From positions 1-41,127 of the IMG/VR virus record IMGVR_UViG_3300046385_000068: a DNA stretch of 41,127 nt; one strand, given 5' to 3'. Made by a program: the position numbers and the translations under genes. Below the pieces are notes generated by a model that ran no database searches, was not told the DNA's origin, and was given only the letters and a program-made list of their open reading frames with translations. This document shows positions 36,099 to 41,127 of this stretch, one piece after another (position 1 is the first letter of the stretch; every line of letters begins with the position of its first letter). The stretch comes from a virus (Duplodnaviria > Caudoviricetes).

Positions 36099-36295
36099 CT
36101 CATAAAAGAAGCATTAACCCACTTAAGGACTCATTTATGAACGAGAACCAAAAGAAAACTACTGAACAGTATCGTAGTAACTTTGACAATATCTTTGGAA
36201 AAAAACATGAACAACTTAGTGAGGCACCACAGGCTACGAATGATGATGAAGCTGACGTGGCGGGCGGAGTATGCCCTAGCAATACTACAAGCTGA
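36095..36295 (+). CDS. Hypothetical protein
   Basis: ATGA overlap; YRSNFDNIFGKK motif. Confidence 0.45.
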   Translation: MTHKRSINPLKDSFMNENQKKTTEQYRSNFDNIFGKKHEQLSEAPQATNDDEADVAGGVCPSNTTS

Positions 36296-36485
36296 AGGTG
36301 AGTGCAAGACACAATATTTACGAGAAGTTGGCTCAGGCTACGACATTATTGATACACTCAACGTTCTTGAAGAGCGGGGTTTAATTAAAGTGCGTAGACC
36401 AAATGGCAAGTTACGGCTACACAGTTTGACTGATTTAGCTAAAGAATATTTACAACAAGTCGAGGATATATATGTTAAGTCGTGA
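36207..36485 (+). CDS. Winged-helix-like small protein
   Basis: LNVLEERGLIK...SLTDLAKEYL. Confidence 0.55.
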   Translation: MNNLVRHHRLRMMMKLTWRAEYALAILQAEGECKTQYLREVGSGYDIIDTLNVLEERGLIKVRRPNGKLRLHSLTDLAKEYLQQVEDIYVKS

Positions 36486-36636
36486 ACAGGTGGTACTTTG
36501 GGCGTATGAAGCGGGGTTTCCTACTAACTACGCTCGTAATGAAATAACAAGGTTTGAAACCTTTGCAAGGTTATTAGAAAAACATGTAAGCAGTGAACTT
36601 TATAAGGAAAACAAAGATGGAAAAGAAAACACCTAA
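36472..36636 (+). CDS. 54-aa hypothetical protein (not in ORF track)
   Basis: GAGG RBS; MLSREQV...AYEAGF...FARLLE. Confidence 0.5.
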   Translation: MLSREQVVLWAYEAGFPTNYARNEITRFETFARLLEKHVSSELYKENKDGKENT

Positions 36637-37369
36637 TTTATTTGTAGCTACACCTATGTATGGTGGTATGTGTATTGGTAACTACGCTTCCGCTCTTATG
36701 CAGATGCCTTTAATTTGTAGCAAAGCGGGTGTGAAGATGTACTACACCTACATGATGAATGAGAGCTTGATTACCCGTGCTAGAAATAGTTTGGCTCATG
36801 ACTTCTTAGCATCAGACGCAACACATTTGATGTTTATTGATGCGGATATTGGGTTTAACCCTAACGACATCATCGAGATGGTGAAGCGTGACGTGGGTAT
36901 TTGTTGTGGCTTGTACCCTAAGAAAGAAATACATTGGCAACGTGTAGCTGATGCAGTAAGTAAGGGTGTACCCGCTGACCAACTAAAAGACCATACAGGA
37001 ACATTCGTGGTGAACTTAGTTAATAACGAACGCCAAGAAGTAAAGATGAATGAGTTGCTTGAGATTCAGAACGGTGGTACTGGCTTTATGTTAATTAAGC
37101 GTGAGGTGTTTGAAGCCCTAGCTGATAAAGTACCTGAGTACAGCAACGATATGTACTTAGCTGTGGATACAGAGCGTAAACCTAAGACGATTAAAGAGTT
37201 CTTTGCTACAAGTATTGACCCTGATTCAAACAACCGCTTGCTATCTGAGGACTACCACTTCTGTAAGTTAGCCCGCCAACATGGCTTCAAGGTTCATGCG
37301 GCTCCTTGGGTTCAGTTATCCCATACTGGGACTTACGTATTTAGTGGTGCATTACAAAGGGTAAGTTAA
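36617..37369 (+). CDS. GT-A fold glycosyltransferase-like protein
   Basis: ATPMYGG, ESLITRARN, FIDAD (DxD), GTGFMLIKR, SEDY.FC, H.G. Confidence 0.8.
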   Translation: MEKKTPNLFVATPMYGGMCIGNYASALMQMPLICSKAGVKMYYTYMMNESLITRARNSLAHDFLASDATHLMFIDADIGFNPNDIIEMVKRDVGICCGLYPKKEIHWQRVADAVSKGVPADQLKDHTGTFVVNLVNNERQEVKMNELLEIQNGGTGFMLIKREVFEALADKVPEYSNDMYLAVDTERKPKTIKEFFATSIDPDSNNRLLSEDYHFCKLARQHGFKVHAAPWVQLSHTGTYVFSGALQRVS

Positions 37370-39189
37370 TGAACATATTGTCTCTCGATTTCGAGACGTA
37401 CTACGACAAGCAGTTTAGCTTGTCCAAAATGACTACTGAGGAATACATACGCAGTCCTGAGTTTGAAACAATCGGCGTAGCTATTAAGGAGAATGAGGGT
37501 GAAACAAGATGGTTTAGTGGTAGCCACGATGAGATTGCTGAGTTTTTGGCTGGGTATGATTGGGCTAGTAGTGCTTTGCTTGCCCATAATGCTATGTTTG
37601 ATGCTGCTATTCTCAATTGGCGGTTTGGTATTAAGCCACGTGCCGTGCTCGACACGCTTAGTATGGCTAGGGCGTTGCATGGGAGCGAAGTGGGTAACTC
37701 TCTTGCAAAGCTATCTATATATTATGCGCTTGGGGAAAAGGGTACGGAAGTCGTCGACGCCCTCGGTAAGAGACGCCTCGATTTTGATACTGACGCTCTT
37801 AATAAATACGGCGGATACTGCATTAACGACGTGGAATTGACCAGCAAATTATTTAAAAAATTAGCGCCTAGTTTTAAATTGACCGAGCTACAAGTTATAT
37901 CTTTAACTGTAAAGATGTTTTCAGAACCGTTATTGCATCTGGATAAGAAACAACTTGAAGCCCACCTACTTGAAGTGCAATATCGTAAAGCTAAGTTATT
38001 AGAAGATTGTGGCGTTGAATCTCGTGATGAGTTGATGAGTAACTTAAAGTTTGCTGAGCTACTACGTGGCTTTGGTGTTGAACCGCCAATGAAGATAAGC
38101 CCCGTGACAGGTAAAGAAGCCTTGGCATTAGCCAAATCAGACGAAGCGTTTAAAGCCCTTGCTGAGCACCCCGATGAGCGAGTTCAGGCCTTAGTCGCAG
38201 CGCGTCTTGGGAGTAAGTCTACCCTAGAAGAAACCCGAACACAACGATTTATTGAGATTTCCAAGCGTGGCGGTTTGCCTATACCTTTAAGTTACTATGC
38301 GGCGCATACAGGTAGATGGGGTGGGGCTGACAAGATTAACTTACAGAACCTACCTAGCCGTGGAACAAACGGTGGCAAGTTAAAGAAAGCTATTGTTGCC
38401 CCTGATGGGTACGTCATGATTGACTCAGACTCATCTCAGATTGAAGCTCGTATGTTAGCGTGGTGGGCTGGTCAAACCGATTTAACCGAAGCATTTACTA
38501 GGAAAGAAGATGTATATAAAAAAATGGCGTCGGCTATCTACAACAAGCCTATCCCCGAGATTGAAGCACATGAAAGATTTGTGGGTAAAACAACTATTCT
38601 CGGCGCAGGTTACGGCATGGGCGCTCCGAAATTCCAAGCCCAACTTAAAACCTTCAACACATATCTTGAACTCGAAGAGTGTTCATTAGCTATCGGTGCG
38701 TACCGAACTACGTACGCTAAGATTCCTGAGTTATGGAGTGCGGGTAAGAAAGCTATCGAAGCTATGGTAAAGAATCAGACTGTAGACTTTGGTAACGGTG
38801 TGGTACAGGTCATGGGTTCAGAGGGTATCTTGTTACCTAATGGGCTATACCAACGCTATCCGAACTTGCGCAAGGTTCAAACCGAAGAAGGTTGGCAGTA
38901 TGTATATGATAATCGTAAGGGGCAGACTAAACTTTACGGTGGCAAGTTAGTAGAAAACGTTTGCCAAGCACTAGCAAGATGTATTATCGTAGAGCAGATG
39001 CTACGCATAGCTAAAAAATATAGACCTGTACTTACAGTACACGATGCGATTGCATGTATAGCCCCCGAACAGGAAGCCGACGAAGCTATGGCATATGTCA
39101 TGGAGTGTATGAGTTGGACACCTGATTGGGCAGAGGGATTACCAGTAGCCTGTGAAGCGGGTTATGGCAAGAGTTATGGAGATTGTTAA
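37369..39189 (+). CDS. polA: Family A DNA polymerase with 3'-5' exonuclease
   Basis: LDFET, HN.MFD, YC.ND; HTGR, NLQNLP, DSSQIEAR, K...LG.GYG, TVHD. Confidence 0.93.
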   Translation: MNILSLDFETYYDKQFSLSKMTTEEYIRSPEFETIGVAIKENEGETRWFSGSHDEIAEFLAGYDWASSALLAHNAMFDAAILNWRFGIKPRAVLDTLSMARALHGSEVGNSLAKLSIYYALGEKGTEVVDALGKRRLDFDTDALNKYGGYCINDVELTSKLFKKLAPSFKLTELQVISLTVKMFSEPLLHLDKKQLEAHLLEVQYRKAKLLEDCGVESRDELMSNLKFAELLRGFGVEPPMKISPVTGKEALALAKSDEAFKALAEHPDERVQALVAARLGSKSTLEETRTQRFIEISKRGGLPIPLSYYAAHTGRWGGADKINLQNLPSRGTNGGKLKKAIVAPDGYVMIDSDSSQIEARMLAWWAGQTDLTEAFTRKEDVYKKMASAIYNKPIPEIEAHERFVGKTTILGAGYGMGAPKFQAQLKTFNTYLELEECSLAIGAYRTTYAKIPELWSAGKKAIEAMVKNQTVDFGNGVVQVMGSEGILLPNGLYQRYPNLRKVQTEEGWQYVYDNRKGQTKLYGGKLVENVCQALARCIIVEQMLRIAKKYRPVLTVHDAIACIAPEQEADEAMAYVMECMSWTPDWAEGLPVACEAGYGKSYGDC

Positions 39190-39827
39190 TGACGCCTAAG
39201 ATGTTACACATTGTATGGATTGGCGATGAGTCAAAGATGCCAGTTAAGTGTGTTCAAAGTTGGATAGACAAAAACCCTAGTTACGACGTACATATATGGG
39301 GCAACGGTCATCTAACTAACTACCCTTGGCATAACCAAAAACAGATTGACCAAATGATGCTTAAGAAAGATTACGCAGGGGTAGCTGACCTTATGCGCTA
39401 TGAGATTCTGTATCGCTTTGGTGGTATTACTCTAGATGCTGATAGCTACTGTAAGCGCCCCTTAGAAGATTGGTTACTTGAAGCACCCGCCTTCTCAGCA
39501 TGGGAACAAGAACACGTTAGGAATAATCTAATTGCTACTGCGTTTATGGGTGGTGTAAAGCGCCAACCGTTTTGGAAAGAATGTATTGATAGGCTACATG
39601 AAACAGATTGTAGTAAACAGGAATTGGCGTGGTTGATTACAGGACCTAGACTTGTAACCGAAGTTTATTTTGATAACGTAGCACCGCTTACCGTGTACCC
39701 GTCACATTTCTTTATCAAGCACCATCATTCAGGTTTTATTAGTAAGGCTGAAGGTCATCATTTTGCTGACCACCTATGGGGTTCATCTATAGGTTATGAC
39801 GATATGGATTCACACATTAAGGAATAA
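39189..39827 (+). CDS. GT32 (OCH1-like, DxD) glycosyltransferase
   Basis: PK.LHIVWIG, ADLMRYEILYRFGGITLDAD, TGP, H.W. Confidence 0.85.
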   Translation: MTPKMLHIVWIGDESKMPVKCVQSWIDKNPSYDVHIWGNGHLTNYPWHNQKQIDQMMLKKDYAGVADLMRYEILYRFGGITLDADSYCKRPLEDWLLEAPAFSAWEQEHVRNNLIATAFMGGVKRQPFWKECIDRLHETDCSKQELAWLITGPRLVTEVYFDNVAPLTVYPSHFFIKHHHSGFISKAEGHHFADHLWGSSIGYDDMDSHIKE

Positions 39828-39828
39828 T

Positions 39829-40506
39829 ATGCCCGCATGGTCTTATAGTAGTATCAGTTTATTCGAGCAATGCCCTAAGAAGTACTATCATATTCGGGTA
39901 GCCAAAGACATCAAAGAACCTGAATCAGACGCCATGAACTATGGTAAAGATTTGCATTTAGCAGCGGAAGAACATATCCGTGATGGCAAGCCACTACCTG
40001 AAAAGTATGCGTATATACAACCTATGTTGGATAAACTCAAAGCAATCCCAGGTGAAAAGCTTTGTGAAAACAAACTTGCAGTTAAGCTTACGGCGGATCA
40101 GCGTTTAGTACCCTGCGATTTCTTTGATAAAAACGTCTATTGGCGGGGTATCGCTGACTTAATTATCATAGACCATGAGAACCAAGAAGCTAGAGTAATT
40201 GACTATAAGACAGGTAAAAGCGCCAAGTATGCTGATACTAAACAATTAAAGTTATTAGCGGCGGCTACGTTTTTAAAGTACCCCGAGATTAAGGTTATCA
40301 AGGCGGGATTGCTATTTGTAGTATCCAAAGAGTTTATTAAAGAAGACTACGATACCCACTTCCGCCTAGCTTATTTTGAGCAGTTTAAACCCCTTGTGAC
40401 CCAGTTAGAAGACTGCCATAATAGTGGGGTATGGAACCCGAAACGTAACTTTAGTTGCAAAGCGTGGTGCCCCGTGTTAGATTGTGCGCATAATGGAAGG
40501 TCGTAA
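39829..40506 (+). CDS. Cas4-like PD-(D/E)XK exonuclease
   Basis: WSYSS...CPK, G...H, IAD, IDYKTG, QL, C..WCPV..C. Confidence 0.85.
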   Translation: MPAWSYSSISLFEQCPKKYYHIRVAKDIKEPESDAMNYGKDLHLAAEEHIRDGKPLPEKYAYIQPMLDKLKAIPGEKLCENKLAVKLTADQRLVPCDFFDKNVYWRGIADLIIIDHENQEARVIDYKTGKSAKYADTKQLKLLAAATFLKYPEIKVIKAGLLFVVSKEFIKEDYDTHFRLAYFEQFKPLVTQLEDCHNSGVWNPKRNFSCKAWCPVLDCAHNGRS

Positions 40507-40507
40507 T

Positions 40508-40792
40508 ATGACAGCTAGAAACTACAAACGTGAGTATGAGTTATATCAAGGTACGGATGAGCAGAAAAAGAACCGTGCTCAGCGTAATTCAGCCCGCGCA
40601 AAGATGATGAAAGAAGGCAAAGTAAGCAAGGGTGACGGTAAAGACGTAGCTCACGTTAAAGCATTTGATAAGGGCGGCTCTAATAAGACTGGCCTTAAAG
40701 TCGAAGATGCGAGTAGTAACCGTTCATTCAAAAGAGATTCAAAACGTAATCTTGTTTCCGAGGTAAGTAAACGAGAGCGTAAAAAGAAATAA
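40508..40792 (+). CDS. HNH-like endonuclease
   Basis: RNYKREY, GDGKDVAH, GGSN, NRSF. Confidence 0.7.
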   Translation: MTARNYKREYELYQGTDEQKKNRAQRNSARAKMMKEGKVSKGDGKDVAHVKAFDKGGSNKTGLKVEDASSNRSFKRDSKRNLVSEVSKRERKKK

Positions 40793-40799
40793 GAACATA

Positions 40800-40966
40800 G
40801 TAACGACTACAGGATAAGGTGTGAGTGCCTAGCTAGTCGGGGGTTACGTGAGAGTGACTCTTCATTGGTAAACCACGCCTGTTAGTAATGGGTCTTTGTA
40901 GCTGGTGTTATAAATTTGACCAGACTCCTTTCCGCCTAGGCGCTAACTGACATTCGGGAAAGACCG
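40800..40966 (+). ncRNA. Candidate structured RNA upstream of tRNA
   Basis: Several complementary blocks including a possible pseudoknot 40817-23/40874-80. Confidence 0.35.
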
Positions 40967-40972
40967 ATGCTC

Positions 40973-41046
40973 GCCCCTTTAGTTAAATGGTATAACACTT
41001 GACTTGTAATCATGGATTAGCAGTTCGATTCTGTTAAGGGGCACCA
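40973..41046 (+). tRNA. trnT: tRNA-Thr (anticodon UGU), CCA encoded
   Basis: GCCCCTT/AAGGGGC acceptor, GTTA/TAAC D stem, loop CTTGTAA, TTCGA T loop, ACCA end. Confidence 0.92.
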
Positions 41047-41097
41047 AAATTATTGACTTCAGAGACCACTCTGGAGCGCTTGTGCATTGGAGAAAAT

Positions 41098-41127
41098 ATG
41101 GAAATCGTTGATAACAGAGGGCTATTA
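41098..41127 (+). CDS. Start of a gene truncated by window edge
   Basis: GGAG RBS; MEIVDNRGLL; too short to assign. Confidence 0.5.
   Translation, partial: MEIVDNRGLL

Noticed and set aside
26177-38135. Minus-strand ORFs in the early arm (e.g. 26177..26383, 26217..26420, 37722..38135)
   Set aside because: Oppose the promoter direction, mostly overlap real genes, no motifs.
39829-40506. Cas4 as evidence of CRISPR-Cas
   Set aside because: Stand-alone Cas4-like exonucleases are common in phage replication modules; no other cas genes or array.
41047-41097. Theta/HDV-like ribozyme after the tRNA
   Set aside because: Only a simple CAGAG/CTCTG hairpin is visible; no nested double pseudoknot.
1-41127. 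Prophage boundaries, integrase or host genes
   Set aside because: None recognised; lifestyle and host cannot be established from this window.

Overview
This window is a large part of a tailed dsDNA phage genome (podovirus-like architecture) with two divergent arms. The minus-strand arm (1-~23.9 kb) is the morphogenesis region: small and large terminase, portal, GroES-like co-chaperonin, scaffold, major capsid, small basic proteins, adaptors, and several tail fibres with two glycine-rich gp38-like adhesins. A coupled metalloenzyme cassette (two cupins, a QueG/reductive-dehalogenase-like Fe-S protein, a 2OG-Fe(II) oxygenase) sits among the fibre genes. The plus-strand arm (24.3 kb-end) is the early/replication region, driven by near-consensus sigma70 promoters: RHH protein, AAA ATPase plus metallopeptidase-VWA pair, VRR-NUC, DUF3310, family A DNA polymerase flanked by two glycosyltransferases, Cas4-like exonuclease, HNH protein and tRNA-Thr(UGU). 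Non-coding highlights are six intergenic copies of a 15-bp palindrome TCCCTAT(C/G)ATAGGGA in the early region, an origin-like repeat region, and three candidate structured RNAs. No integrase, CRISPR array or endolysin was recognised. All family calls come from motif recognition by eye, not database searches.
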